NCBI GenBank assembly: GCA_965248835.1
Contig: CBDFLJ010000002.1
Location: 768,001 to 832,000 of the forward strand
Direction: 5' to 3'
Length of the DNA stretch: 64,000 bases
Origin: Alphaproteobacteria bacterium
Lineage (GTDB): Bacteria; Pseudomonadota; Alphaproteobacteria; MPNO01
A program made the translations under genes and the position numbers. Numbering within the stretch: position 1 is the stretch's first letter; every line of letters begins with the position of its first letter. This document shows positions 29,301 to 41,497 of the stretch, one piece after another. Under the pieces are notes generated by a model. The model was not told the DNA's origin. It worked only from the letters and a program-made list of their open reading frames with translations, and did not search any database.

Positions 29301-32300
29301 GGCCCGCGCCGACCAAGCTGGCGGCGGAGCCGGGCGACGGCCAAGCCATATTGCAGTGGGATACGGGCAACGCCTTGATCACCGATTATCGGATCCACTG
29401 GCAGGCCACCAGCAGCGGCGCGACGCCTGAGATCTTGGACGTCCCGGCCGGATCGGGGAACACGACGACCACCACCATTTCCACCTTGACCAACGGCACC
29501 GAATACACCTTCACGGTGCGGGCGGTGGATACGTCCGGCAGCACCGCCGTGATCACCGGCCTGCCCTCCAGCAAGATCGCCACGCCGGCGCCGGTGCCGG
29601 ACCCCCCGGCGAATCTCTCGCCCACGGCGCGTAGCCAGGAGGTTGCGCTCACCTGGACCGATCCGGACGACGACACGATCATCAAATACCAGGTCAGCAC
29701 CAACGGCGGCACGAACTTCATCGATATCGAGGGCAGCAGCGCGGCCACCACCACCACCACCGTGACCGGCCTGACCAACGGCACCGCGTACACGTTGGCG
29801 GTGCGCGCGGTGAACGGTGCCGGTCCCGGCGCGGCGCCCCGCGTGACCGCCACGCCCCTGTGGCCCGCGCCGGTCGTGACGGCGGCGGCGGACAGCGGCC
29901 GGGTCGTGCTGCAGTGGGACACGGGCGACCCCGGGATCGCCCGTTATGCGGTCCGGACGACGCTCACCGGCACCAACACTCAGGTTTCGGATAATGCGCA
30001 CGAGTCCGGATCGGGGAATAAGACGACCGTATCCGTTGGCGGGTTGACCGACGGCACCAACTACACCTTCACGGTGCGGGCGGCGTCGGGAACCTTCACC
30101 AATTTCCAGATCACCGGTGCGGCATCTACCGCGACCGCCACACCGGCGGTGGCTCTGCCCGCCGCGCCGACGGACCTCACGCCCACGGCGGGTGACGGCG
30201 AGGTTCTGCTTACCTGGGACGATCCGAAAAACCCCACGATCACCAAGTACCAGGTCAGCACCGACGCCGGCAGCGGCACGAAATTCACCGACATCGAGGG
30301 CAGCAATGCGGCCACCACCGCATACACCGTGACCGGCCTAACCAACGGCATCCAGTACACGTTTAAGCTGCGCGCGGTGAACGCTTCCGGTGACGGCCCG
30401 TGGGCCACCGTGACCGCCACGCCGATCGCGGTACCGACCGCCCCGGCGAACTTCGCGGCCACGCGGGGCAGCGACGGGGGCGAGGTGGCGCTGACCTGGG
30501 ACGATCCGGGCAACGTCCCGATCACCGGGTACCAATACCGGCAGAAGAGGGGCAACCGCGCTTTCGGCGACTGGACCGACATCGACGGCAGCGGTGCGAC
30601 CACCGTCTCACACACCGTGACCGGCCTGAGCAACGGCAGGCAGCACACGGTCGAGCTGCGGGCGGTGAACGCTTCCGGGGAGGGCGCGGCGTCCAGCGAT
30701 ACTGCCACGCCGCTGTGGCCCGCGCCGACCTTCCTGACGGTTACGCCGGACCACACCCGGGTTCATCTGGAGTGGACGGGCGTCCCCGGGGCGAAAGACT
30801 ATATTATCACAACCATAGGCCCCGGTTATGCAACTTCTTCGGTCATCGGCTTAAGCGAACCGACGTCGACGCTTGACGATACCATTAGTATCGATAATCC
30901 GTTGACCAACGGCGACGAATACACCTTCACCGTGTGGTCGACGGACGCTAGCGGCAGCATCCAAACCAGCGTGAAGGCCAGCGTGAAAGCCATACCGGTG
31001 GCGCCGCCGCTGCCAGACGCCCCGACGATTTCCTCGGCCACGCCGGGCGACAGCCGGGTCGTGCTGAAATGGGACGATCCGGGCAACATCACGATCACCA
31101 AGTACCAGGTCCGCTGGAAGGTGAAGGACAGCAACGACAGCACCTACACCCCCTGGGCGGACATCACCAGCCCCAACCCCTTTGCGACGCCCCCCACGCC
31201 CCCCACCACATACACCGCGACCGGCCTGACCAACGGCACGACCTACACGTTTGAGGTGCGCGCGGGGAACGGTACCGGTGAGGGCCCGGCGTCCACGGTG
31301 GACGCCAAGCCGATTGCGATCCCGGACGCCCCGGAGAACCTCTCGGCCGCGCCGGGCGACGGCCGGGTGGCGCTGTCCTGGGAGAAGCCGAGCAACGATG
31401 CAACCATCGGCAACTATAACTATGAAGTCAGCACCGACGGCGGCGACAACTACAGCGCGATCCCCGACAGCGACAAGGAGACCACCGCACACACGGTCAT
31501 GGGCCTGACCAACGGCACCGAGCACATGTTTGCCGTGCGTGCAGAAAACGATGCGGGTAAAGGCCTCGCAGCCACCGTGAACGCCAGGCCGATTGCGGTG
31601 CCGGCCGCCCCGACGGCGCTCTCGGCCACGGCGGGCGCCACCGAGGTTGCGCTGACCTGGGACGATCCGGAATAACGACACAATCACCGGGTACCAGGTC
31701 AGCACCGACGGCGGCGAGACGTTCGCCGATATCGACGACACCGACATCAGCGAAAACGATACGGACAACACTCTCGCCTACACCGTGACCGGCCTGACCA
31801 ACGGCACCGAGTACACGTTTGCAAGGTGCGCGCGGTGAACGCTTCCGGTGTGGGCGCGGCGTCTACCGTGACCGCCCCGACGCTGCCGGCCGCCCCGACG
31901 GGCCTCACGGCCGAGCGGGGTGACGGCGGGGGCGAGGTGGCGCTGACCTGGGACGATCCGAATAACGACACGATCAGCGGGTACCAGGTCAGCACCGACG
32001 GCGGCACGACCTTCATCGATATCGAGAGCAGCGGTGCGGCCACCACCACCCACACCGTGACCGTCCTGAGCGACGGCACCGGTACCCGCCTGACCAACGG
32101 CACCGAATACACGTTCGAGCTGCGGGCGGTGAATCTGTCCGGTGCCGGCGCGGCGTCCCCCGAAACCGCCACGCCGCTCTGGCCCGCGCCGACCGGTCTG
32201 GTGGCGGCGCCGGGCGAGGGCCAGGTCATGCTGACGTGGGACAGGGGCGACCCCGGGATCGCCCGTTATAAGGTCAGCACCTACTACACGCCCATCAACT

Positions 32301-35300
32301 CCGTGGACCCGCTCTTGGAAACGTTTCTCTCGCCCGGCTCGGGGGATCAGACGACCCTGCTCATTCCCGGCTTGACCAATCGCACCGACTACACCTTCAC
32401 GGTGCAGGCGGTGGATACGTCCGGGGACGACACCGTGATCACCGGCAGAGCGGGCAGCGTGGACGCCACGCCGGTGCCGGTGCCGGCCGCCCCGGCGAAC
32501 CTCGCGGCCATGCCGGCTAACGGGCAGGCTGTGCTGACCTGGGACGATCCGAACGACAGCAGCATCACCAAGTATCAGTACCGGCAGAGGGTGAGCGGCG
32601 CCGATTTCGGCGACTGGAGCGACATCGGCGGCAGCAGTGCGACCACCACCACCTACACCGTGACCGGCCTGACTAACGGCAGCCCGTACGGGTTTGAGCT
32701 GCGCGCGGTGAACGCTTCCGGTGACGGCAAAGCCTCCAGCGTGGGGACCACACCGATTGCGGTGCCGGACGCCCCGACGATTTCCTCGGCCACGCCGGGT
32801 GACGGCCAGGTGGTGCTTGCATGGAACGATCCGAGCGACAGATCGATCACCAAGTACCAGGTCCGCTCGAAGGTGAGGAACAGCGACGACAATACCTACA
32901 CTGACTGGGCGAACATCCCCGTAACCGACCCCAATGCGCCCCCCACCGGATACATCGTGACCGGCCTGACCAACGGCACCGAGTACACCTTTGCGGTGCG
33001 CGCGGTAAACGATCCCGGTAACGGCCCGGCATCCACCGTGACCGCCAGGCCGCTTGCGCCGCCGGCCGCCCCGGAGATTTCCTCGGTCGGGCCGGGTTAC
33101 CGCCAGGTCGAGCTTGAGTGGGCCGATCCGAACGACAGCACCATCACCGGCTACCAGGTCAGCATCAACGGTGACGATAACTTCACCGACATCCCCAACA
33201 GCGCCCATCGCCAGACCAATGCCACCGGATACACCGTTCCCGGCCTGAAAAACGGCACCGAGTACACGTTGGCAGTGCGCGCGATGAACGATGCCGGCGA
33301 GGGCGACGCATCCGCCGCGAACGCCACGCCGTTCAACAACCCCCCCACGGGTTCCAGCAAAGAGGTGTCCACGTACGATAACGAATCGTACCGCTTTACG
33401 ATGAAAGACTTCGCCTATTCGGACGACGAAGTGGACACGCTGCACCACGCGAAGATAGCCTCGCCGCCCTTGGATGACGAGGGGAATGACCGGGGGACGC
33501 TGTCGCTTAACGGCGCGGCCATCACCAGCGACACCCTACCCCGGCAGGTGACGCCGGCCGACCTTGAAGCGGGCAACCTCCTCTACACTCCGCCGGAGAA
33601 CGCGCACGGCGATCCTTTCGCGACGTTCGGGTTCAAGGTCAGTGACGGCGAGAGCGACAGCGTGGCGTACGCCATGGCCATTAACGTGGTGCGGGTGTAT
33701 TCGGTGCGCTTCGGCGCCGCGGCCTATGCGGTCGAAGAGGGCGGCGATCCGGTAAGGGTGACGGTGACGCTGAGCAAGCAAGCGGCCGACGCGCTGGAGA
33801 TCCCGATCACGGTGGGCCCGCGGGGCCGGACCGTGGCGGCCGACTATACGGTTACGGTTACGGATCCGGATGTCTTGGATCCTGCGACCGGGACCGTCAC
33901 GCTCAAATTCGAGGAGATGGGCGACACCACCAGGAGCTTCACCATCGAGGCCACGGGACAGGCCAAACAAGACGACAATTTCCATGACGTGAGGGTGGCG
34001 CTGGGCTTCGGTGACCTGCCCACGGACGTGGCGAAAGGCGCGCCGGCCGCGGCCACGCTGACCATCATCGACGCTGAAGGCGCCGTGGTCCAGGCGCGCT
34101 TCGGGCGACTCAACGCCGAGATCCTCTCCAAACACGCGCTGACCATCGCCGATGTCACCAACCGGGCGATCGGCGCGCGCATGGACGATCCGTGCGGCAA
34201 GCGGGCGGCCGCCTACACGCTGGCCGGGGGATCGACGCTGCATGACACGCTGCGATCCAACGCGCCGGCGATCGAGGACGGTACGCTCACCCTCGACGAC
34301 GTGCTGGCTGGCTCGTCCTTCCGGCTGCCGCTCGCGGCGGTGAACGACGGCATGGCACCCGGCGCCGGCGGGCCGGTGGTGTGGGGCCGGGGCGAGCGGC
34401 AGGTGCTGGAGAGCACGGAGTCCGCCTTCGCCTGGGACGGCACGGTGCTGACCGGCCAGTTCGGCATCGACGGCTGCCTGCGCGACGATCTCCTGACCGG
34501 GCTCGCGCTGTCGCGCTCGATCGGCGAATTCGACTATAGCGACGGTACCGGATCGTCGCCGGTGCGCGGCGACTATCAGAGCCGGATGACCAGCGTTCAT
34601 CCCTATCTGGGCTGGACCTCGCCACAGGGTCTCGGTCTCTGGGCGACGGTGGGCTATGGGTGGGGCGATATCGAGATCGAGGACGCGCAGGTGCGCGATG
34701 GCGACCCCGACTACCCGGTAAGGCGCAGCGACACGACGCTCAAGACGGCGGCGGCGGGCGCGAGCGGTCCCTTGATGACCAATGAGTCGCCGATCGCGGG
34801 CGGCACGACGACGCTCATGCTCAAGGGCGAGGCCTCGTGGGCGCAGGTCGAGGTCGAGGGCGAGGGCGACGACGGCCTGATCGCGCAGCAGACGGTGAAC
34901 GCCAACCGTCTGCGGCTGGCGCTGGAGGGCAGCCACGAGCAGGCGCTGGCCTCGGGCTCCTCGCTGACGCCGTCCCTGGAGCTGGGTCTGCGTCATGACG
35001 GCGGCGACGGGATCACCGGCACCGGCATCGAGATCGGCGGAAGCTTGCGCTATCGCGACCCGGCCACGGGCCTTACGATCGAGGGCAACGGCCGGGTCCT
35101 GACGGGACAAGACGAATTCCGGGAATGGGGTCTTGGCGGCTCGGTCCGCCTCCACCCGGGCGCCGAAGGGCGGGGACTGTCGTTCAGCCTGGTGCCCACC
35201 TGGGGCGAGACATCGAGCGGGGTCGCGCGTCTGTGGGATCAGGACGTCGCCGAACTGGCGAGCGATGATACGGCGGCCAATGACAACGTTCCGCAGATGC

Positions 35301-35530
35301 GGCTGGACAGCGAGCTTGGTTATGGCTTCGGCGCGCTCGGCGGGCACGGGCTGCTGACGCCCTATGGCGGGTTCTCGCTGGCGGGCGAAGGGTCACAACG
35401 CTACCGGATCGGCGGCCGCTTCGAGATCGGGTCATCGCTCAACCTCAGCCTCGAGGGCGAGCGCCGTGAGCCGGCCAACGACGCTGCCGCGGAGCACGGC
35501 GTCATGCTGCGCATGCAGGCAAGCTGGTAG
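26348..35530 (+). pseudogene. Giant FN3-repeat autotransporter adhesin (~2,740 aa reconstructed), IS-interrupted with two indels
   Basis: Signal peptide AHA-QVLVSNTGQ resumes in frame at 27446; 19 FN3 repeats; cadherin-like and Calx-beta-like domains; beta-barrel ending in W; indels at ~31670 and ~31822. Confidence 0.88.
26504..27445 (-). mobile_element. IS5-family element, copy 2
   Basis: Near-identical reverse complement of 10745-11686; flanks TGA / TTA. Confidence 0.95.
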
Positions 35531-35732
35531 GGCCAAGGCTGTCGCCGGTTGCGGTCGCGCGGCGCGGGGCCGGCCGTTGCGGTTCGCGTTTTCCGAACGG
35601 CCGGGCTAGCAGTTTGCAGTACCCCGGCTGCGCCCGGCGCGTGCGTGGAACGGGGTCCGGGCGCCGTTTCCGTCGAGGCGGCGGAAACGGCGGTCAAGGA
35701 CTTTGCAACCCGCTGAAATCAGAGATCATGGC

Positions 35733-36731
35733 TCAGAGCACGCTCAAACGGCGGATCGTGAACCCCTGTGCCTCTAACATGCGCACGAGCCCCTGATGGC
35801 CCGGCAGTTGCAGCGCGCCAACGGCGATAACGATATTGCGCGACGCGCGGGTCCGGTCGAGGATCTTTGCCCGCCATCCGCTATTGCGTCTTGCGATTAG
35901 AAACTCGTGCACCTCGCGAAACAATGTCGCCACCGCCTCGGCGTCGCCGATAAGTGACGCAGCACGACTTCGGGAGATCTCCCACATCACCATGGGCTCC
36001 TCATCAATCCACGTGCCGACGGCCGTCGCGACCAAGTCATCGTCTGCAATACCGCCCGCTGCGAGGGACATTCGCAGCATGTCGAGTTGCTTTTCTTCCG
36101 GGGCATCCACGAAAAAGGCGAGAGCCTGCTCCAAGTCTTCATCCAACATTTCAACCGCGACGCCGGCATTGCGGGCGAGGGCTTCGATGCGCTTGTCGAG
36201 TGGTGTGGCACCGGACGCTCGGGCGGCCAGCTCGCACGGTGGCATCTCCAGCATCGTGGCTACAAACCATGGACGCATCCTGTCGGCCGCCTCAGGCGGT
36301 ATACCGAGTTTGGAAAGTGATTTGCTCAATGCTTCCCACTCCCCCGCCGTCAGGCGGCTTCTCAGACCGGGTCCGTCGAGATAGAGCATGATTGACGGGT
36401 TCGCAGCCAAGTGCTGCTGCAGTCCCTTCTCGCCCTCCTCCGTCGCCTCCATGAGAACCACGTCTGCCGTACGGATGCGGACCGCGATCTCCTCGGGGAC
36501 GGAAACGGCCGGGTCGGAGAAGGCAAGAATGCCGAACAGCGTCAGCCGTACATCGCCGCGCACCGCCTCGAAGGCAACGCCTTCACGGAAGGGAACATCT
36601 GCGATGCTGGCGCGGATCTCCTGCATCGATGCCGCCGGGATGGAATCGCGCTGATCCTTGCCCAGACAAGCGGCAGAAGCGAAAGAGGGGGTGGTGAGAA
36701 AAGCGAGAACGAGGACGGCGAAGCAGCGCAT
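35733..36731 (-). CDS. TraB/GumN family exported protein
   Basis: Signal peptide; RMRPWFV, LIARRN, IAVGALQLPG. Confidence 0.85.
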   Translation of the reverse strand: MRCFAVLVLAFLTTPSFASAACLGKDQRDSIPAASMQEIRASIADVPFREGVAFEAVRGDVRLTLFGILAFSDPAVSVPEEIAVRIRTADVVLMEATEEGEKGLQQHLAANPSIMLYLDGPGLRSRLTAGEWEALSKSLSKLGIPPEAADRMRPWFVATMLEMPPCELAARASGATPLDKRIEALARNAGVAVEMLDEDLEQALAFFVDAPEEKQLDMLRMSLAAGGIADDDLVATAVGTWIDEEPMVMWEISRSRAASLIGDAEAVATLFREVHEFLIARRNSGWRAKILDRTRASRNIVIAVGALQLPGHQGLVRMLEAQGFTIRRLSVL

Positions 36732-37224
36732 GAGCGGATCCTTTTGTGGAAGCATGACCTGTTCCCGATTTCAGTGACGGTTTCGAGCTTGGCCCATTCC
36801 GGCCTTTCGGTCCTGGTGAGCGGCGAGCGGCTTGCGGCTCTTCAACGGCGACGGCGGATCGCCATGCCGAGGCGCGATCGTCTACGGTGCGGCCGGCCCG
36901 CAGCCGAGCGCGCCGTGCGGCATGATTGTGTGATAATGCCCGTTCCATGATTTTTTCGGCACCCCGGTCTCCGTCGTGGAATGGACGATCTTGCCGAAAC
37001 CGGAAGGGTCGGAAAGTGGGGAAGACCACAAGGATCGCCGATACGCGTGGACGTGGCTTCGGATCGGCATGTCTGCCTCAGCTTAGCATCACGCGGCCCG
37101 CTGGGCGAGGTCAAGCCGGGACGGGAACCGGTGCTCCGCTTGTCTGTCGCCAGCTGCCATGGGACTCTACCGGCGGTCGGAAATCACCAAGCGCGGTGGG
37201 CGCCCACGGTGTATGGGAATCCGG

Positions 37225-38535
37225 ATGAGGACGAAAACGGTCAGTGCCTTCGCCTTGGTGATCTGCCTGCTGGCTCCGCTCGACTCGGCGGACGCGGCCG
37301 ATGCGGCGCAATGGCGAGCGTGCCGGATTTCTCCCGACTACGCCTGCGTGATCTCGCTATCCGCCGCCGCCGCCGATGAGATCACGGAGTCCACTGAGCG
37401 TGCCGAATCTTGGGCTTCGATCGCCGCGGTGCAGGCAAGCGCCGGCGAATTCGACAAAGCGCTCGCCTCTGCTCGGCGATCCGGCTTGGTCTTTACGCAT
37501 TCGTTGGCGCTCCGCGACATCGCAGAGGCGCTTGCGAAGGCGGGGGAGACCCGCAGAGCCCTCGCTGCCGCCGACGGAATCGAGCATGCCAGGATCCGCG
37601 GCATGGCGTTCGTCAGGATTGCATCGGCCCAGGCAGCAGCCGGGGATGTCGACCAAGCGCTTGCTACTGCTCGCGGCATCGAAACGGTCTATCACCGCGC
37701 GCTGGCATTCACCGAGATTGCATCAATTCAGGGCGTCGATGCCGGGCGGGCCAGGGAGGCGATCACTCGGCCGCTCGACATCGTCGAAGCCGTCAAAAGC
37801 GTCAGCGCACGCGCCACGCTATTGACAAAGATCGCCTCGGCCCAGGCGAAGATCGGAAACACCGAGCGCGCAACGGAGACCTTCGCGCGCGCCGTCGCGG
37901 CCATTCGGGGGAAAGGCGGCAGCACGGAGTCCTGGATTCTTTTCGAGGTGGCCTCGGCCCAGGCGGAGGCCGGAGATGTGGCGGGGGCGCTCGTGACGGT
38001 CGGCAAGATCGAAAGAGCGCGCCACCGGGCCCAGGCGCTCGCCGCGATTGCCTCGGTACAAGCGAAGGCTGGAGATCACGTGCGGGCCGGGAAGACGATC
38101 GTCCAGGCCAAAGCTGCGGCCCGGACGATCTCAAACGGCTACTCTCGTGCTGCGGCCTTCGCCGCGATTGCCTCGGTGCAAACCAAGGCAGGAGATCGCG
38201 CGCGGGCCGGGCAGACAATCGCCCAGGCCAAAGCCGCTGCCCGGACGAACTCGATGGCTTCTCACCATGCCGCGGCATTGTTCAAGATCGCATCGGTGCA
38301 AGCGACGACAGGAGATATCGAGGGTGCCGTTTTCACTGCCGGCGAGATCGATCGAGCCGACTTCCGGGTCGGAGCACTTGCCGTGGTCGCCTCGGCGCGA
38401 GCGAAAATCGGAGATAGCGAGCGGGCGAGGGAGACAATCGGTCGGGCTCTCGAAACCGCCGAGGCGATCACGCGGCCCTTTGTCCGCACCCAAGCGCTTC
38501 TCACGATCGCGCGCGCGTTTGTCGAAGCGAAATAG
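37225..38535 (+). CDS. Secreted TPR-like helical repeat protein
   Basis: Signal peptide; repeated IASxQAxAGD units. Confidence 0.8.
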   Translation: MRTKTVSAFALVICLLAPLDSADAADAAQWRACRISPDYACVISLSAAAADEITESTERAESWASIAAVQASAGEFDKALASARRSGLVFTHSLALRDIAEALAKAGETRRALAAADGIEHARIRGMAFVRIASAQAAAGDVDQALATARGIETVYHRALAFTEIASIQGVDAGRAREAITRPLDIVEAVKSVSARATLLTKIASAQAKIGNTERATETFARAVAAIRGKGGSTESWILFEVASAQAEAGDVAGALVTVGKIERARHRAQALAAIASVQAKAGDHVRAGKTIVQAKAAARTISNGYSRAAAFAAIASVQTKAGDRARAGQTIAQAKAAARTNSMASHHAAALFKIASVQATTGDIEGAVFTAGEIDRADFRVGALAVVASARAKIGDSERARETIGRALETAEAITRPFVRTQALLTIARAFVEAK

Positions 38536-38691
38536 CAAGAACCTTCTCGTCTGCATCGCCGCGTCTGAGGTCCATGGTCAACGGGGCGGCGAAGTCGCGC
38601 GTGCCATCGTGCATGGCGGCCGAAAGTCTGCATTGCGCGCGGGGCGCGCCGCCGGGCGCGGGCCGCCGCTTGACGGCCGGCCGCGCCGAAG

Positions 38692-38773
38692 CACCGGCCC
38701 CCGGTGAGAAATACGGGCCAGCGTCCCTGCCGCGACCGCGAAAAGCGTGCGCCCGGCCTCACGATATGCGGTC
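38692..38773 (+). repeat. ~80-bp dispersed direct repeat, copy 2
   Basis: Similar to 21088-21168. Confidence 0.8.
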
Positions 38774-39010
38774 GGTCGATGGAAGAGGAAGCGCGGCTGA
38801 TCCTGCGCGATGCCGTCGGACGCAGACCGAGTTCCGAAAACTTCGCGCGCATCATCCGCACGCATTTCGGTCCGTCAAACGGTGTGGAACTGGAATTGCC
38901 GCCGCGCGAGGCCGGACGCGAACCGCCCTCCTTCGATTGAGGCGGCGGCGATGATCCTGCTGGATACCAACGTCGTGTCCGAACTAATGCGCAGGTCGAG
39001 ATCGTCGGGC
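38770..39010 (+). pseudogene. fitA 3' half plus fitB 5' stub
   Basis: GRSMEEEARLILRDAV...GVELELPPRE-stop, then MILLDTNVVSELMR (38951), truncated. Confidence 0.8.
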
Positions 39011-39014
39011 CGCC

Positions 39015-40259
39015 TCAGCGGGCGACGGCCCTGGCGCCGTAGATGCTGACCACGCCTAGGAGAAGGGCCAGCGCCGACACCCAGAGGACCGTCTCCGGCA
39101 TGTCGAACCCGGTTAACCCACGGGAGCCCCAAAGGGCCAGCGCCCCGCCGATCGACCCACCGGTGGTCACGAAGCCGAACACGGCTCCGATCCTGCCCGA
39201 AGGACAGATCTTGAGAACCAGGAGATCGATCGACGGGCTCGCGAGGGCAGCCAGGAGCCCGCCGAGCCCGATCCACACCCAGATGGGCACGGGGAGGATA
39301 TCGAGCGCTCCGATGCCGAGCAGGATCGCGGATGCAACCAGGCAGATCGCGACCAGCTTTTCCCGGTTTTTGACCTTGTCGGCCATCACGCCCCCCGCGA
39401 GTGGGGTCAATATCAGGAAGAGTAAGCCCAATACCAGGGAGAGTAGGTCCAATATCCGCAGGCCCGGCCAGGCGCCGACAAAGATCGCCCGGAGACCGTC
39501 CATTAACTCTTCGGACTCCTTGACGAGCTCATGCCCACCGATGCCGGAAAAACCCAGAAAAGTCATTGCCAGAAGGAACAGCAACACCGGCGAAGACGCG
39601 ATCGCGGCTATCGCCGTCCGGGAATCGATGCGTGTCCTCTCAGGGTTCCGGGGTTCCCATGGCTGGTGGAGGGTGTTATCGCGAAAGGCGTCACGAAAGC
39701 GCATTGCCACCGCCGCGAACATGATCCCGACCAAACCAACGATGGAGAATGCTATTCGCCAATTCGTAAGCAGGAACAATGACAACATTGCCCAAGGGGC
39801 GGCTATCATGCCGACCGAAGCGAACAGGTCTCTTATGCCGAACGCGCGCCCCCGGCGTTCGGCGCCTATACAGGTGGCGAGGACCACATAGCCCGCCGAC
39901 CAAACGGCACCATGGCCCAGCCCGCAGAGCAAACCGAATCCCATCAAGGGCCAGTAGCCGGGAAACACCGGCGTCAGCGTCAGCGCAGCAGCAGGGAGCG
40001 CGACCCCTGCCACGACGACCGGGCCGGCGCCGATCCGGTCCGCCAGGATCCCGGCGGGAAACAGGGCCGCGCCGGCAGCGATCGCATTGACCGTGGCGAA
40101 GACGGCGAGACCGCTCGAGCTTACGCCGAGCTCCATGACGATCGGAATATACGAGAACGCTAACGCAGCCAGGTATAAATGTGCAAAGACGTGGCTGAGC
40201 GCGACCAGTCCGATAGTCTTCAATTCGGCGCGCGGCAGGGCAAAGGCGTCGGCTATCAC
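39015..40259 (-). CDS. MFS transporter
   Basis: ~12 hydrophobic segments; GILADRIG motif A. Confidence 0.9.
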   Translation of the reverse strand: MIADAFALPRAELKTIGLVALSHVFAHLYLAALAFSYIPIVMELGVSSSGLAVFATVNAIAAGAALFPAGILADRIGAGPVVVAGVALPAAALTLTPVFPGYWPLMGFGLLCGLGHGAVWSAGYVVLATCIGAERRGRAFGIRDLFASVGMIAAPWAMLSLFLLTNWRIAFSIVGLVGIMFAAVAMRFRDAFRDNTLHQPWEPRNPERTRIDSRTAIAAIASSPVLLFLLAMTFLGFSGIGGHELVKESEELMDGLRAIFVGAWPGLRILDLLSLVLGLLFLILTPLAGGVMADKVKNREKLVAICLVASAILLGIGALDILPVPIWVWIGLGGLLAALASPSIDLLVLKICPSGRIGAVFGFVTTGGSIGGALALWGSRGLTGFDMPETVLWVSALALLLGVVSIYGARAVAR

Positions 40260-40322
40260 GACGGCGTTCGTTCCGACCTTTTGTCAGCGCGGGCGCCAAG
40301 CCTGCTCGGCCAAAGATCTACT

Positions 40323-40396
40323 TTGACCCGGGATTTCCCATGTGGCGCCCTTCAGCCAAGTCGAGCGTGGCTCGAAACCGCTCGAAGGGCAAGCCC
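40323..40396 (-). mobile_element. Third IS1380-like right-end remnant
   Basis: GGGATTTCCCATGTGG...GAGCGTGGCTCGAAACCGCTCGA resembles 10336-10392. Confidence 0.6.
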
Positions 40397-40479
40397 GATG
40401 GGTTCTGCCACCATGATCATGCCCGACACCGCGAAATCGAGAGTCAAAGGGACATGGCGGCATTCGATATCGCCGGTCG

Positions 40480-41396
40480 AACGCGCCGACGCACCGGATC
40501 TGCGGAACATCGTCGGCCGCGGCTGGATATTCGTCATTCCGATCTTTCTTCTCGTCTGGACCCTGGTGGTGGAGCACTGGCAGCCCGGCCGTTCGGCGAT
40601 GCTGGCCGTCGGAGCGACCCTGGCGGTGTCGGTCTTCAATCGCTTCACCCGGCCGAGCCTCTACAAGATCTGGGTCGCCGTCAGGGAAACCGGGCAGACG
40701 GTGCTCGAGCTGGTCATCGTCACCGCACTCGCCGGGATGATCATCGGGGCGATCCAGATCTCGACCCTGGGATTCAACTTCTCGCTGCTGCTCACCCAGG
40801 CGGCGGGCGAAAGCGGCCTGCTTCTGCCGCTCATGACGGCGGTGGTCTGCATCATCCTGGGCATGGGCATGCCTTCGGGGGTGATCTATCTGATGCTGGC
40901 CCTGCTGATCGCACCGGCCTTGGTCGAAACCGGGATTCCGAAACTGGCCTCGCATCTGTTCATTTTCTATTTCGGCATGCTGTCGATGATCACCCCGCCG
41001 ATCTGCATCGCCGTGTTCGCCGCCTGTGCGGTTGCCGGCACCAATTTCTGGCAAACCGGATGGGCCGCCGTCCGCCTCGGCATCGCCGCCTATGTGGTGC
41101 CGTTCGTTTTCGTGTACCAGCCGGCGCTGATCTTCGACGGCACGCCCGAGGAGATCGTGATCGTCGGCATCAAGACCGCAATCGGCGTCTGCGTGCTCGC
41201 CGTCGGCATGGCCGGCTACATGTTTGCCCCTCTGTCCGTCCCCGCGCAGGCGGTGACCGCGCTGTGCGGGGCCGCGATCATGGTCTGCCCGTTCGAGCAT
41301 CCGGCCGCATGGCCGGTGATCGGCGGCGCGGCGGCGGTGGTGCTGGCGACCGCCTGGGCGCAGAAACGACGGGGCCGGGAAGTGCAAGCCGGATGA
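40480..41396 (+). pseudogene. 5'-truncated TRAP fused permease (C-terminal half)
   Basis: ILGMGMPS, HLFIFYFGMLSMITPP, VPFVFVYQPAL; N-terminal half absent. Confidence 0.8.
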
Positions 41397-41497
41397 CGGC
41401 ACGCCGGGAAACGGACCGTCCGCCTTGTGGATAGCGGGTGCGACAGCCTGTAGCATGCCGGTCGGGTTCGCGAACCGAGGCGACATTGGAGGCATAG

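Noticed and set aside
27920-33330. Many recurring DNA motifs (e.g. GTGACCGGCCTGACCAACGGCACC) as a CRISPR array or DGR
   Set aside because: They are in-frame FN3 coding repeats; there are no unique spacers, cas genes or reverse transcriptase
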